64,000 nt of DNA from Longimicrobiales bacterium (lineage in GTDB: Bacteria; Gemmatimonadota; Gemmatimonadetes; Longimicrobiales; Gaopeijiaceae): positions 864,001-928,000 of the forward strand of contig CAXXKM010000003.1 of NCBI GenBank assembly GCA_963664435.2, in the 5' to 3' direction. Below, in pieces: positions 41,536-51,725 of this stretch. Every line of letters begins with the position of its first letter. Position 1 is the first letter of the stretch. A program made the translations under genes and the position numbers. The notes beneath the pieces were generated by a model that searched no databases, had not been told where the DNA came from, and worked only from the letters and a program-made list of their open reading frames with translations.

Positions 41536-41569
41536 CGTGGAGCTGCGCTCCGCAGGGAGACCCCACTGG

Positions 41570-42253
41570 ATGAGCCTCGCAATCGACGTCCGGCGCCTGC
41601 GCTTCCGCTACGGCGGCGGCCCCTGGGTGCTTGACATCCCTGAACTGACGCTCGAACGCGGCGAACGCGCGTTTCTGTTCGGTCCGAGCGGGAGCGGCAA
41701 GACCACGCTGCTCGGCGTGCTCGCGGGCGTTCTCGAGGCAGACGAGGGCAGGGTGAACGTGCTGGGCAGGGACCTCCCGTCCCTCTCCGGCGCCCAGCGG
41801 GACGCCTTCCGGGCGGAGCACATCGGCTATGTCTTCCAGATGTTCAACCTCATCCCCTACCTGTCGGTTCTCGACAACATCGCGCTTCCGGCGCGCATGA
41901 ACGCAGGACGGCGGGCCCGGCTGGACGGCGCGGGCGTGAAGGAGACCGCAGCCCTGCTCGCGGATCATCTTCACATCGGCGATCTGCTGAAGAAGCCGGT
42001 GACGGAACTCTCGGTGGGCCAGCAGCAGCGGGTGGCCGCCTGCCGGGCGCTGATCGGGGCCCCGGAGCTCATCGTCGCCGATGAACCGACCTCCTCCCTG
42101 GACTTCGACCGCCGCGAGGCCTTCCTGGAGCTGCTCTTCCAGGAGTGCGAGCGAGCCGGCGCAACGCTGGTGTTCGTGAGCCACGACCGCACGCTGGAGG
42201 GCATGTTTTCCCGCACCATCTCGCTTCCCGACATCAACAAGGCGGCGCTCTGA
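41570..42253 (+). CDS. ABC transporter ATP-binding protein (LolD/MacB-like)
   Basis: GPSGSGKT, LSVGQQQRV, ADEPT and SHD motifs. Confidence 0.95.
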   Translation: MSLAIDVRRLRFRYGGGPWVLDIPELTLERGERAFLFGPSGSGKTTLLGVLAGVLEADEGRVNVLGRDLPSLSGAQRDAFRAEHIGYVFQMFNLIPYLSVLDNIALPARMNAGRRARLDGAGVKETAALLADHLHIGDLLKKPVTELSVGQQQRVAACRALIGAPELIVADEPTSSLDFDRREAFLELLFQECERAGATLVFVSHDRTLEGMFSRTISLPDINKAAL

Positions 42254-43518
42254 TGCTGGTTCTCGATCTCGCGCTCAAATCGCTCCGCAACCGCGCCTTC
42301 AGCACCTCGCTCACGGTGGGGTCCATCGCGCTCAGCGTCGCCCTCCTGATCGGCGTCGAGAACGTGCGCGTGGGCATGCGCGAGAGCTTCTCCAACACCA
42401 TAAGCCAGACCGACCTGATCGTGGGCGCCAAGGGAGGCACCATCCAGCTGCTGCTGTACTCGGTCTTCGGCATGGGATCGCCGACAAGCAACCTGACCTG
42501 GGATACCTACCGCGAGTGGGCCGAGCACCCCGCGATCGAGTGGACCATCCCCTACGGCCTCGGCGACAGCCACCGGGGATTTCGCGTCATCGGGACCAAC
42601 GAGGACTTCTATCGCCACTACCGCTACCGCGGCGGGCAGGCCATCGCGCTGGCCGAGGGCCGGGCCGGCTCGGAGGTGTTCGACGTCACCCTGGGTGCGG
42701 ACGTGGCCAGCGAGCTGGGCTACGGGCTCGGCGACGAGGTGGCGGTGACGCACGGCATCGGCGAGGTGGGCTTCCTGAACCATGACCAGCTGCCGTTCGA
42801 GGTGGTGGGCATCCTCGCCAAGACCTTCACCCCGGTCGACCGCGCAATCTACGTCACCCTCGAGGGCATCGAGGCCATCCACTTCGGATGGGAAGACGGC
42901 GCGCCGCCCATGCCCGGCGAGGAGCCGACGCCCGACGACGTGCTCGCGATGGAGGAGATCGAGATCACCCAGGTGACGTCGTTCTTCGTGGGCGCGACCA
43001 ACCGGAGGGACGTGCTCCGGCTCCAGCGCGAGATCAACGACTACGAGAGCGAGCCGATGATGGCCGTCATCCCCGGGCTGGCGCTGAGCGAGATGTGGCA
43101 GGGGATCGGCTACGCCGAGACCGGGCTCCGGGTGGTGACCATCTTCGTCGTCCTGGTCGGACTCCTGGGCATGCTGGTCTCGCTCTACACCTCGCTCAAC
43201 GAGCGCCGCCGCGAGATGGCGATCCTGCGCGCCGTTGGGGCCGGCCCCAACAGGATCATCGCGCTGCTGGTGCTCGAGTCGGTGTGCCTGGCGGCGGCGG
43301 GGGCCATCGCCGGACTGGCGCTGGTGTACGTGCTGTTCTCAGCCGGGCAGCCGATCGTCGAGGCCCAGGTGGGACTCTTCATCCCGATCCGGCCCCCCGG
43401 CTCCATCGAGCTGCTCTTCCTGGGCGCGGTGGTGACGGCCGGGTTCCTGATGGGCTTCGTGCCCGCGCTCAAGGCCTACCGCACGGCCCTCCACGACGGG
43501 CTGGCGGTGCGGGTATAG
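42253..43518 (+). CDS. ABC transporter permease (FtsX/MacB family)
   Basis: LGDSHRGFRVIGT and NERRREMAILRAVGA; four-TM layout. Confidence 0.93.
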   Translation: MLVLDLALKSLRNRAFSTSLTVGSIALSVALLIGVENVRVGMRESFSNTISQTDLIVGAKGGTIQLLLYSVFGMGSPTSNLTWDTYREWAEHPAIEWTIPYGLGDSHRGFRVIGTNEDFYRHYRYRGGQAIALAEGRAGSEVFDVTLGADVASELGYGLGDEVAVTHGIGEVGFLNHDQLPFEVVGILAKTFTPVDRAIYVTLEGIEAIHFGWEDGAPPMPGEEPTPDDVLAMEEIEITQVTSFFVGATNRRDVLRLQREINDYESEPMMAVIPGLALSEMWQGIGYAETGLRVVTIFVVLVGLLGMLVSLYTSLNERRREMAILRAVGAGPNRIIALLVLESVCLAAAGAIAGLALVYVLFSAGQPIVEAQVGLFIPIRPPGSIELLFLGAVVTAGFLMGFVPALKAYRTALHDGLAVRV

Positions 43519-43524
43519 GGGTCC

Positions 43525-44421
43525 TCAGCCCCCGGCCAGCCAGCGATAGACCGCGCCCACGTTGAGCGGGAACCACTCCTCGTACTGGCCCCAGTGCGCG
43601 TAGTCGTCGAGGCGCACCTGGGCCATCGCCTCTTCTTCCGACAGGCCCTCGTCGAGCGCGGCCTGGACGGCGTCCCGCAGGTCCGCGTAGTAGGCGAGCT
43701 GCCGCTCGATCGTGCCGCGGTCTCCCACGTCGCCGTGTCCGAAGACCATGGTCTCGAAGGGGATCTCCATCAGGCGGTCCAGCGCCACGTAGAACTCGTC
43801 GAAATACCAGCCCGGGAGGTCGCGGAAGCCCACCCGGTCGTTGCTGACGAAGTCCACCGCGAAGGCGATGCGCTCCGCGGGGAGAAACGTCACTATCAGG
43901 TTGTCGCTGTGGCTCCGCCCCAGGTAATGCAGCTCGATGGCCCGGCCGCCGAAGCGGAGCGTCATCTCGTCGGAGAAGGTCAGATGCGGCGGCGGCAGAT
44001 CGGGGTCGGCGCGCTCAAGCAGGATGGGCAGTGCGTTCTCCTGGGCGATGATCGGGACATCGTCGCCGAACTCCGCCAACAGCGCGGGCGCTCCGGTGGC
44101 GTGGTCGGCATCGCTGTGGCTGTAGACGATGGCCGCGAGCGGCTTTTCCGGCACCGCGCCGCGGATGGCGCCCGCGAGGCCAGCCGCCGCTTCCATCGAG
44201 ATGGGGTCCACCGCCACCACGCCGTCGTCCGTATCGACGAAGAAGGCGTTATGCGTCCCCGCGTTGTACCAGAAGACGCCGTCGGCGACCTGGCGGGTCG
44301 CGGCATCCATCTCGGGCGCCTGTTCGGCCGCCTCGGTACAGGCGCCGAGGATCAGGGCGAAGGCGGTCGCGACCGGGACAGCGGGTCGCGAGGATGGCAG
44401 GGGTCGGATGGGACGGGTCAT
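43525..44421 (-). CDS. Metallo-beta-lactamase fold hydrolase (lipoprotein)
   Basis: Lipobox LGAC, YSHSDADH, HSDN, AVD and FGHG; GGAGGA RBS. Confidence 0.87.
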   Translation of the reverse strand: MTRPIRPLPSSRPAVPVATAFALILGACTEAAEQAPEMDAATRQVADGVFWYNAGTHNAFFVDTDDGVVAVDPISMEAAAGLAGAIRGAVPEKPLAAIVYSHSDADHATGAPALLAEFGDDVPIIAQENALPILLERADPDLPPPHLTFSDEMTLRFGGRAIELHYLGRSHSDNLIVTFLPAERIAFAVDFVSNDRVGFRDLPGWYFDEFYVALDRLMEIPFETMVFGHGDVGDRGTIERQLAYYADLRDAVQAALDEGLSEEEAMAQVRLDDYAHWGQYEEWFPLNVGAVYRWLAGG

Positions 44422-44683
44422 GCGGTCATCCTCCTCCGGGGGGGCGGGACGGGGTCGAGCGGGCTCCCTTTCGGCACCACTTCCGTAATACACCTGTAAT
44501 ACTCCGATGCTCATGTCCCGCGTGCAACAGACGCATGAGCACCCGGCGGCCTGGAACGTGCGAGTGACAGGGTCCGATGGGCCGTTGCATGACAGACTCC
44601 CTTTCGACATCCGGTTGTTCAGGGCATCTTGGTCGAGGGCATATACTCGCCGAACTTTCTGCACGGAGTCGATCTTGTATCAG

Positions 44684-45952
44684 ATGGGTCCTTCGTTTTT
44701 CCGCTTCGGAAGGCGGTGTAGCCTTCAGTTCGCGGGCGTCGCCTGGGTGGCCGTCGTCGCGGCCTGCGTTGCCCCCGAATCCAGCGTCACCGAACTCGAC
44801 GTGGACGAGCTCGCCGTGGGGGCGGCGTCCGGAGCCCGCTTCCCGTCGCTGGAGCGCCATGGCGACGCGGTAGTGCTGAGCTGGCTCGAGCCGCACATGG
44901 AGGAGGGCGAGGAAGTCTGGGCGCTGAAGGGGGCCGCGTATGAGGACGGCACCCTGGGCAAGCCCTTCGAGGTGACCCGGTCCGGCGGGGGCGCAACGTT
45001 CTTCGTGAACTGGGCGGACTTCCCGGTGGTGTGGCCCGTGGGCGATGGGCGGCTCGCCGCGCACTGGCTGCAGCGGGGCGGTTCGGCCACCTACGACTAC
45101 GGGGTGCGGGTCTCCTTCTCGGACGATGGCGGGCATTCCTGGAGCGCACCGTGGACGCCGCACGAGGACGGCACGCCCTCCGAGCACGGTTTCGTGTCGG
45201 TGTTCGGGCTGGGGGACGGGGAGGCGGGGATGGTCTGGCTGGACGGCCGGCGCTTCTTCGAGCCCGATGGCTCGCGGGCCGCCAGCCCGCGCATGACGCT
45301 GCGCTACCGGACGGCCGGCGCGGACGGGACCACAACCGCCGAGGTCGAGCTCGACGACCGCATCTGCGACTGCTGCCAGACCGACGCGGCGATGACCTCG
45401 GAGGGACCGGTGGTCGTCTACCGCGACCGCACACCGGAGGAGGTGCGCGACATCTCCGTGGGGCGGTTCGTGGACGGAAAGTGGACGGGCGGGGTTCCCG
45501 TGCACGACGATGGCTGGATGATTCCGGGCTGTCCGGTGAACGGCCCCTCCGTGGCGGCCCGGGGCAATGTGGTCGTGGTGGCGTGGTTCACCGGCGCGGG
45601 CAACACGCCCCGGGTGCGGGCGGCCTTCTCCGACGACGCGGGCGCGACCTTCGACCCGCCGGTCACGATCGACCTGGGCAACCCGGTGGGGCGGGTCGCG
45701 GTGGCAATGCCTCAGCCGGGGAGGGCGCTGGTCGCCTGGCTGGAGGAGGAGCAACTGTTCGTGCGCGGCATCACCGCGGACGGAAACCTGGGGCCCGCGC
45801 GCCAGGTAGCAGCCTCCTCCAACGCACGCGCGAGCGGTTTTCCGGCCATGCTGGTCGACGCCGCCGACCGGATCGTCTTCGCCCAGACGGTGGTCGACCA
45901 GGGCATCCGCGTCCTGCGGTCGCAGGAACCGTGGACGGCCTGGCGGGACTGA
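44684..45952 (+). CDS. BNR/Asp-box (sialidase-like) beta-propeller lipoprotein
   Basis: SDDGGHSW and SDDAGATF Asp-boxes, NWADFP, ICDCCQT and GCPVNGP; start uncertain. Confidence 0.8.
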   Translation: MGPSFFRFGRRCSLQFAGVAWVAVVAACVAPESSVTELDVDELAVGAASGARFPSLERHGDAVVLSWLEPHMEEGEEVWALKGAAYEDGTLGKPFEVTRSGGGATFFVNWADFPVVWPVGDGRLAAHWLQRGGSATYDYGVRVSFSDDGGHSWSAPWTPHEDGTPSEHGFVSVFGLGDGEAGMVWLDGRRFFEPDGSRAASPRMTLRYRTAGADGTTTAEVELDDRICDCCQTDAAMTSEGPVVVYRDRTPEEVRDISVGRFVDGKWTGGVPVHDDGWMIPGCPVNGPSVAARGNVVVVAWFTGAGNTPRVRAAFSDDAGATFDPPVTIDLGNPVGRVAVAMPQPGRALVAWLEEEQLFVRGITADGNLGPARQVAASSNARASGFPAMLVDAADRIVFAQTVVDQGIRVLRSQEPWTAWRD

Positions 45953-46043
45953 GACGGCACGACAACCGAAGGTTTCCGGCTCACCCCGATCCCTCCCGCT
46001 GGCGCCTCATCCCGCTCGTGCGCAACTCTACCGGGAGACCAAC

Positions 46044-46430
46044 ATGACCGATCAGCCACTCGGCTCGGCAGGTAAGTTCTGGGTGTTGTCCTTCGGGTGG
46101 CTGCCCGCGGGGATCGTCGTCGTATCGCTGAGCCGCGGCGTGGCCCCTCCGATCACGCCGGAGACCCTGTTCATGCTTCCGGCGGCGCTCATGTCGCTCG
46201 CGATTACCGCCCCGTGCGGGCTGCCGCTTGCACTGGCCTTCCGGGGAATCTGGCGGATGGGGTCCACGCGCGCCGCCTGGACAACCTTCGCGATCCTCGC
46301 GCCCGTCACGTCGTTCGCGGCGCTCTTCGCAGGACTGCTCGGTCCGATTGCGATCGCGATCTATGCGGGCGTGCTCAGCGTCCCAGCGTGGATCGTGTAC
46401 GCGGTCGTGCGACGCCGCTCAGCGTCATAA
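46044..46430 (+). CDS. Hypothetical membrane protein
   Basis: About four hydrophobic segments; GGGAG RBS. Confidence 0.7.
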   Translation: MTDQPLGSAGKFWVLSFGWLPAGIVVVSLSRGVAPPITPETLFMLPAALMSLAITAPCGLPLALAFRGIWRMGSTRAAWTTFAILAPVTSFAALFAGLLGPIAIAIYAGVLSVPAWIVYAVVRRRSAS

Positions 46431-46676
46431 TCCGGGCGTCCCCGGGGGCGACGGAACCTCGTCACGGGGCGCTTCGATGATCCCCGTGCAGTACCTGAAG
46501 ACGACCGGGAACCCGCGACACCGGATCGCCTCCGTGCGCTCACGACCCTCGTCAGGATCGTAGTACGTCGTCATCGTCCGGCTGTATCCGAAGGCCGCCG
46601 GGAAACGGAACAATCCGCTGAGACCGACAAAGAGGTAGAACAGTACGGCGAGCCCGATGATTCCCTTCATCTTCAT
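46425..46676 (-). CDS. Small hypothetical membrane-anchored or secreted protein
   Basis: N-terminal hydrophobic helix, two Cys; AGGGA upstream. Confidence 0.55.
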   Translation of the reverse strand: MKMKGIIGLAVLFYLFVGLSGLFRFPAAFGYSRTMTTYYDPDEGRERTEAIRCRGFPVVFRYCTGIIEAPRDEVPSPPGTPGL

Positions 46677-46718
46677 GGCGGCGTCCCTGTCTTCGTGAAA
46701 GAGGGCCTCCTGGTCCAG

Positions 46719-48020
46719 CTACCGACCCGCCCATCTCCTTACAACGCGCTGCAACTCCTGCAAGCTGGGACGAATCCGCGTGAAGCGCGAGGGCCTCGTC
46801 GCCCCCGTCGCCAGCCGCTCGGGCACGGGCACCGGGCTCCCGATCGCCTCCTCCACGATGTCCCCGAACTTGGCCGGATGCGCCGTGGCCAGCACTACCC
46901 CGTGGGCATCCGGCCTCCCGCCCAGCGCCCGCTCCAGGGCCAGCCATCCAACGGCCGTGTGCGGGTCCAGGATGTAGCCATGCTCGTCGAAGACCCTCCT
47001 CATCGCCTCCCGCGTGTCTCCATCGCTCCATGCGGAACCCGAAAGACATCCCTGCAGGCGGCCCAGGTCGCCCTCGAACAGCGCGAGGATGCGCGCCAGG
47101 TTCGAAGGCGCACCGACATCCATCGCGCTCGAGAGGGTGCGGACCGACGCCCGCGGCTCGTAGCAACCGGTCCGCAGGTACTCCGGGACGACGTCGTTGG
47201 CGTTGGTCGCGGTGACAAACCCCGCGGTGGGCAGCCCCAGCTCCCGGGCCATGAGGCCGGCCGCCAGGTTGCCGAAGTTTCCGGACGGGACCGAGAAGAT
47301 CGGGGGCTCGCGCCGGTTCAGCTGCGCCCAGGCGTGGAAGTAGTAGAAGATCTGCGGCAGCAGGCGTCCGATGTTGATTGAATTCGCGGACGTCAGCGCG
47401 AGAGCCTCCCGCGCATCCGGATCGCGGAACATCGCCTTGACCAGCCGCTGACAGTCGTCGAACGCGCCCGCCACCGCCACCGCGAGCACCTGGTCGCCCA
47501 GCGTCGTGAACTGCCGCTGCTGGCGCTCGCTCACCTGCCCTTCCGGGAACAGGACCACGACGCGGGTCCGCGGCAGGCCCAGGAAGGCGTGCGCGACCGC
47601 CCCGCCGGTGTCGCCCGATGTCGCCACCATGACCGTCAGCGGAGGCCCGGGGCGCTGCAACCTCGACATCAGACAGCCCATGAAGCGCGCCCCCACATCC
47701 TTGAAGGCGAGCGTGGGGCCGTGGAACAGTTCCAGCACATGCGTGCGCGGGCCCAGCGGAACCAGCGGAAGCGGAAAGCCGAGCGCCTCCCGCACCGCGG
47801 ATTCCAGCACTTCATCCTCCAGTTCATCGCCGAGAAGATGCCGCCCCACGGCGAGCCCGCAGCGAATCGCACCGGCGCCTCTCAGCGCATCGATGTCGCC
47901 CGCGGAGAGGGGCGAAAGCCCTTCCGGCATGAAGAGCCCGCCATCGGGGGCGAGTCCCCGGAACAGCGCTTCGCCGAAGGAAACCGGTTCGGCCCGGCCC
48001 GACGTGCTGACGAGCTTCAA
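46719..48020 (-). CDS. thrC: Threonine synthase
   Basis: GLAPDGGLF, ELFHGPTLAFKDVG, ATSGDTG, SANSINIGR, VPSGNFGN and TAHPAKF; TTG start overlaps the thrB stop. Confidence 0.96.
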   Translation of the reverse strand: MKLVSTSGRAEPVSFGEALFRGLAPDGGLFMPEGLSPLSAGDIDALRGAGAIRCGLAVGRHLLGDELEDEVLESAVREALGFPLPLVPLGPRTHVLELFHGPTLAFKDVGARFMGCLMSRLQRPGPPLTVMVATSGDTGGAVAHAFLGLPRTRVVVLFPEGQVSERQQRQFTTLGDQVLAVAVAGAFDDCQRLVKAMFRDPDAREALALTSANSINIGRLLPQIFYYFHAWAQLNRREPPIFSVPSGNFGNLAAGLMARELGLPTAGFVTATNANDVVPEYLRTGCYEPRASVRTLSSAMDVGAPSNLARILALFEGDLGRLQGCLSGSAWSDGDTREAMRRVFDEHGYILDPHTAVGWLALERALGGRPDAHGVVLATAHPAKFGDIVEEAIGSPVPVPERLATGATRPSRFTRIRPSLQELQRVVRRWAGR

Positions 48021-49036
48021 TCTCCCTCCGCTTTCACGTCCTCGACGCGCGCACCCTGCCGGTTGACGGGTGAGACGTAGGCTTCGCAATCGAGCGCCGC
48101 GGTCTCGCCAAAGGCCCAGCGGATGCCCGCTGCGACGTCCTCGGCCGTCTGGCGTCCCCGGCACAGCGCGAAGACCGAGGGGCCGGACCCGGAGATGGAG
48201 AAGCCGAGGGCGCCGCGGGTCATCGCCGCTTCCCTGGCGCGGGCGAAACCCGGGATGCGTCCGGCGCGCAGCGGCTCCGCCACGACATCCCTGATGGAGC
48301 GCGAGATGAGGTCCCAGTCGCAGGCGTAGAGCCCGGCGGTGAACGCTGCGGTGTTGGCCCACTGCGTGACCGCGGCCTTGAGGGGCACGTGTTCGCCCAG
48401 CACGCGACGGGCGTCCTCGGTGCGGGTCTCCAGATGCGGGCGCACCACGACGACCCAAAGCTCGTCGGGGACGGGAAGTTCCACGACCTGCAGCGTCTTT
48501 CCGGGGAGGACCAGCACGATCCCGCCATAGAGGGCAGGCGCAACATTGTCGGCAGCCGGCGACCCGGAACCCGCCAGCTCGCCGGCCACCGCACAGCGCA
48601 GCAGCTGTCTCCGGGAGAGGCCGGCCCGAATGACCTGATCCGCCGCCACCGCCCCCACTACGGCACTCGAGGCGCTGCCACCCATCCCTCCCGCGAGCGG
48701 TATGCCCTTGTGAAGTTCGAGCGCCAGGCCCGCCGAATCGGCGCCGGCCATCTCCAGGACGGCCCTGGCAGCCGCCCCGGCGCTGTTGCGGGCGGGGTCG
48801 CCCGGGATGGGTCCCACGTCTCCGGTGATGCGCTCGATGTTGACCCCCGGCTCCGGCGCCGCGCGCGCGACCACCGCATCGCAGGGCTGCTCGACGGCCA
48901 TGCCGAACACATCGAACCCGCAGGCGATGTTGCCGATAGTCGCGGGCGCCGAGACGCGCACCGCGGCCGCGGCCCCTGGAGATTCGGCGTTGCCGGTCGT
49001 CGTCGGCCTGCCGGTCCTCGTTCGCCCGCCGGTCAT
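48017..49036 (-). CDS. thrB: Homoserine kinase
   Basis: APATIGNIACGFD, GIPLAGGMGGSASS, ADNVAP and ISGSGPS. Confidence 0.95.
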   Translation of the reverse strand: MTGGRTRTGRPTTTGNAESPGAAAAVRVSAPATIGNIACGFDVFGMAVEQPCDAVVARAAPEPGVNIERITGDVGPIPGDPARNSAGAAARAVLEMAGADSAGLALELHKGIPLAGGMGGSASSAVVGAVAADQVIRAGLSRRQLLRCAVAGELAGSGSPAADNVAPALYGGIVLVLPGKTLQVVELPVPDELWVVVVRPHLETRTEDARRVLGEHVPLKAAVTQWANTAAFTAGLYACDWDLISRSIRDVVAEPLRAGRIPGFARAREAAMTRGALGFSISGSGPSVFALCRGRQTAEDVAAGIRWAFGETAALDCEAYVSPVNRQGARVEDVKAEGD

Positions 49037-49043
49037 CGTCTCG

Positions 49044-50591
49044 CTACTTGAACACCCGGAAGAAGGCGCGGAACGCCTTCTCGACCGTCGGCGTCAGCTT
49101 CTGCTTGCGCCATACGTTGGCCGCGCGGGCGAAGATGTCGCTGCGCGTCGGGTAGGGATGTATGGTGGCTCCGAGCTTGCCCAGACCGAGGCCGGCGGTC
49201 ATCGCCAGCGTGATCTCGCCGATCATGTCCCCCGCGTGGGCGCACACCAGCGTCGCGCCCAGGATGCGGTCGCTTCCCTCCTTGAGGTGAACGCGGAGGA
49301 AGCCTTCCTTCTCGCCTTCGAGGATGGCGCGGTCGATGTCGTCGAAGTGGATGGTGATGGTCTCGACGTCGTGGCTCGCCGCGATGGCCTCGTCCCGATG
49401 GAGCCCGACGTGGGCGACCTCCGGATCGGTGTAGGTCGCCCAGGGGATCACCAGGCGGCTGGCGCGGCCGCGACCGAAGAAGAGCGCGTTCTGCACGGCG
49501 ATGCGGGCCTGGTGGTCGGCGGCATGGGTGAACTGGTGCTTCGATGCCACGTCGCCCACCGCGTAGATGCCCTTCGCGGTCGTGCGCAACTGGTCGTCGA
49601 CCTGGATGCCGGTGCGGTCGTAGGCCACGCCCGCGGCCTCGAGACCCATCCCCGCCACGTTGGGGGCGCGGCCGGCCGCCACCAGCACCGCCTCGGACGC
49701 CAACTCCTCCCGCTCCCCGTCGTGTTCGACTTCCAGCACGGTGACACCATCGTCGCGGCGGGCCTTTCGGATCGCCGCCGAGTTCAGAACGCGCACGCCG
49801 TCGGTCTCGATCGCCCGGGTAACGATGGCGGCCGCGTCCCTGTCATCGCGCGGCAGCGGGTGAGCGTCGGCGTGCACCACGGTCACGCGGCTGCCGAAGC
49901 GCGCGAAAGTCTGGGCCAGCTCCATCCCGATGGGGCCGGCCCCGATCACCACAAGGCGCGGCGGCAGCTCGGTGAGGGAGAAGATGGTCTCGTTGGTGTA
50001 GACGTCGACGTCCTCGAGCCCCGGAACCGGAATTAGCGCGGCGCGCGCGCCCGTGGCGATAATCGCGCGGCGGAAGTTGAGCTCGTCCCCGTTCACTCGA
50101 AGACGGTCGGGAGCGACGAACTCGCCGTGTCCCAGGAAGACGTCCACCCCCAGCCCCGCGAACCGCGACGCCCCGTCGATCGGGCTGATACCCGCGCGCA
50201 GCCTGCGCATGCGCTCCATGGCGGCGGGGAAATCGCTCCCGGCATCGCCGCCGGACACCGCCCTCGCCCCCCCGGCCCCACCCGGGCGACCGTTCGTGCC
50301 GGCCGGGCGCGCCGCGTGCACCCGCCGGGCGGAGCTGATTACCGCCTTGGAGGGGACACACCCGAAGTTGAGGCAGTCGCCGCCCATGAGGTGGCGCTCC
50401 ACCATCGCGACCTTTGCGCCCAGCCCGGCGGCGATGGCGGCGCTCACCAGCCCCCCCGTCCCCGCCCCGACCACGACCAGGTGGTAGCGGTCGCGGGGTT
50501 CCGGGTTGCGCCAGTCCGGGGGGTGCACATGGCCCACCAGTTCGCGGTTGTGCACGTCGTCGGGAAGAATCACGACTCTGTCTGCCGACAC
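49044..50591 (-). CDS. Pyridine nucleotide-disulfide oxidoreductase (mercuric reductase-like / Lpd family)
   Basis: VGAGTGG, GGDCLNFGCVPSK, GAGPIG, YTDPE and HPYPT; no C-terminal Cys pair. Confidence 0.9.
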   Translation of the reverse strand: MSADRVVILPDDVHNRELVGHVHPPDWRNPEPRDRYHLVVVGAGTGGLVSAAIAAGLGAKVAMVERHLMGGDCLNFGCVPSKAVISSARRVHAARPAGTNGRPGGAGGARAVSGGDAGSDFPAAMERMRRLRAGISPIDGASRFAGLGVDVFLGHGEFVAPDRLRVNGDELNFRRAIIATGARAALIPVPGLEDVDVYTNETIFSLTELPPRLVVIGAGPIGMELAQTFARFGSRVTVVHADAHPLPRDDRDAAAIVTRAIETDGVRVLNSAAIRKARRDDGVTVLEVEHDGEREELASEAVLVAAGRAPNVAGMGLEAAGVAYDRTGIQVDDQLRTTAKGIYAVGDVASKHQFTHAADHQARIAVQNALFFGRGRASRLVIPWATYTDPEVAHVGLHRDEAIAASHDVETITIHFDDIDRAILEGEKEGFLRVHLKEGSDRILGATLVCAHAGDMIGEITLAMTAGLGLGKLGATIHPYPTRSDIFARAANVWRKQKLTPTVEKAFRAFFRVFK

Positions 50592-50778
50592 GATCTACCT
50601 CTCCGTCGTTGGTCTCATTGGTTCATCGCCGCGCCCGCGCGCCCCGGAATCGCATCCCGGCGCCCCGCCGGTGCGTCGGCCTCGGCCCAGCCACGCGAAC
50701 GTCATCGCATCACAGTGCCCCGCGCCCGCCGCGGTCACCCGCGGCGACCTCCACACGCCTGACCTCCACACACCACCC

Positions 50779-51501
50779 TCAATCCCCCGTGATCTCCTTC
50801 AGCGCCCGCCGGGCGATGCGCGTGACCAGGGTAGTGACCACGATGGTGGCTGCCAGCCCGACCCCGAGCACCGTGTAGTAGCCCGCGCCCCGCGCAACCT
50901 CCACTCCGCTCGCCAGCGCCGCCACGTCGCCGATTACCTGGCCGTAATAGACGTACAACAGCGTCCCGGGAATCATCCCCAGCGACGCGACCAGGTAGTC
51001 CGCGAAGCGCACTCTGGTCAGGCCCAGCGCATAGTTGAGGAGGTTGAAGGGAAAGACCGGCGACAGCCGCAGGAGGAAGACGATCTTGCGCCCCTGTTCG
51101 CCGATGGCGCTGTCGATGGCCGCGAACCGCGGATAGTCGGCCACCTTGCTCTCGATGGCGGACCGGGCCAGGTAGCGCGCCACCAGAAAGGCGAGCGCGG
51201 CGCCCGTCGTGGCTCCCACGAACACGATCGCGGTCCCGCGCGCGATACCGAAGATGGCTCCCCCGGCCAGCGTCAGAATCGAGCCCGGTGCAAAAGCCAC
51301 GGTGGCCGCGGCGTAGGCGCACACGAAGACCACCGGGCCCCAGACCCCCATCTCCTCAATGCGCTCCGCGAGCGCCGGGATGGCCCCGGCCAGCGACCTT
51401 CCCGCAAACACCAGCAGCGCGACCACCGCCACCGCCACGAGCGCCAGCAGCCACGGTCGCCGTCCGCCGGAGCCACGGGTCTTCGAATTCGCCTCGGACA
51501 C
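50779..51501 (-). CDS. TVP38/TMEM64 (DedA/SNARE-associated) membrane protein
   Basis: PGSILTLAGGAIFG and LLRLSPVFPFNLLNY; GTG start after GGGGAGG. Confidence 0.93.
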   Translation of the reverse strand: MSEANSKTRGSGGRRPWLLALVAVAVVALLVFAGRSLAGAIPALAERIEEMGVWGPVVFVCAYAAATVAFAPGSILTLAGGAIFGIARGTAIVFVGATTGAALAFLVARYLARSAIESKVADYPRFAAIDSAIGEQGRKIVFLLRLSPVFPFNLLNYALGLTRVRFADYLVASLGMIPGTLLYVYYGQVIGDVAALASGVEVARGAGYYTVLGVGLAATIVVTTLVTRIARRALKEITGD

Positions 51502-51725
51502 GTCGTTTCCTCCCCTGATCGGGACCTGCGAGCACTCGCCCGGTCTCTCGTTTCTCCCTGCCTGCATGGACCGCAACGCCGCGGTCCCGCCCCCGGGTCC
51601 CGGCCTCGCCGCCCGACAACCTCGGCAGGTATCCGCGTCACTTGCCGGATGAAGCCGGTTACGGTATTGAGGGGGGTCGCCCGGCGAATCGCCGGCACTC
51701 CCGAGCACATCACCAAGGAGCACCA

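Noticed and set aside
49044..50591. merA mercury resistance
   Set aside because: No C-terminal Cys-Cys pair, no NmerA domain and no mer operon; pairing with DedA/TVP38 is a common arrangement
50746..50771. GACCTCCACAC direct repeat (two copies)
   Set aside because: Too short and too few copies for CRISPR or iterons; likely a local duplication
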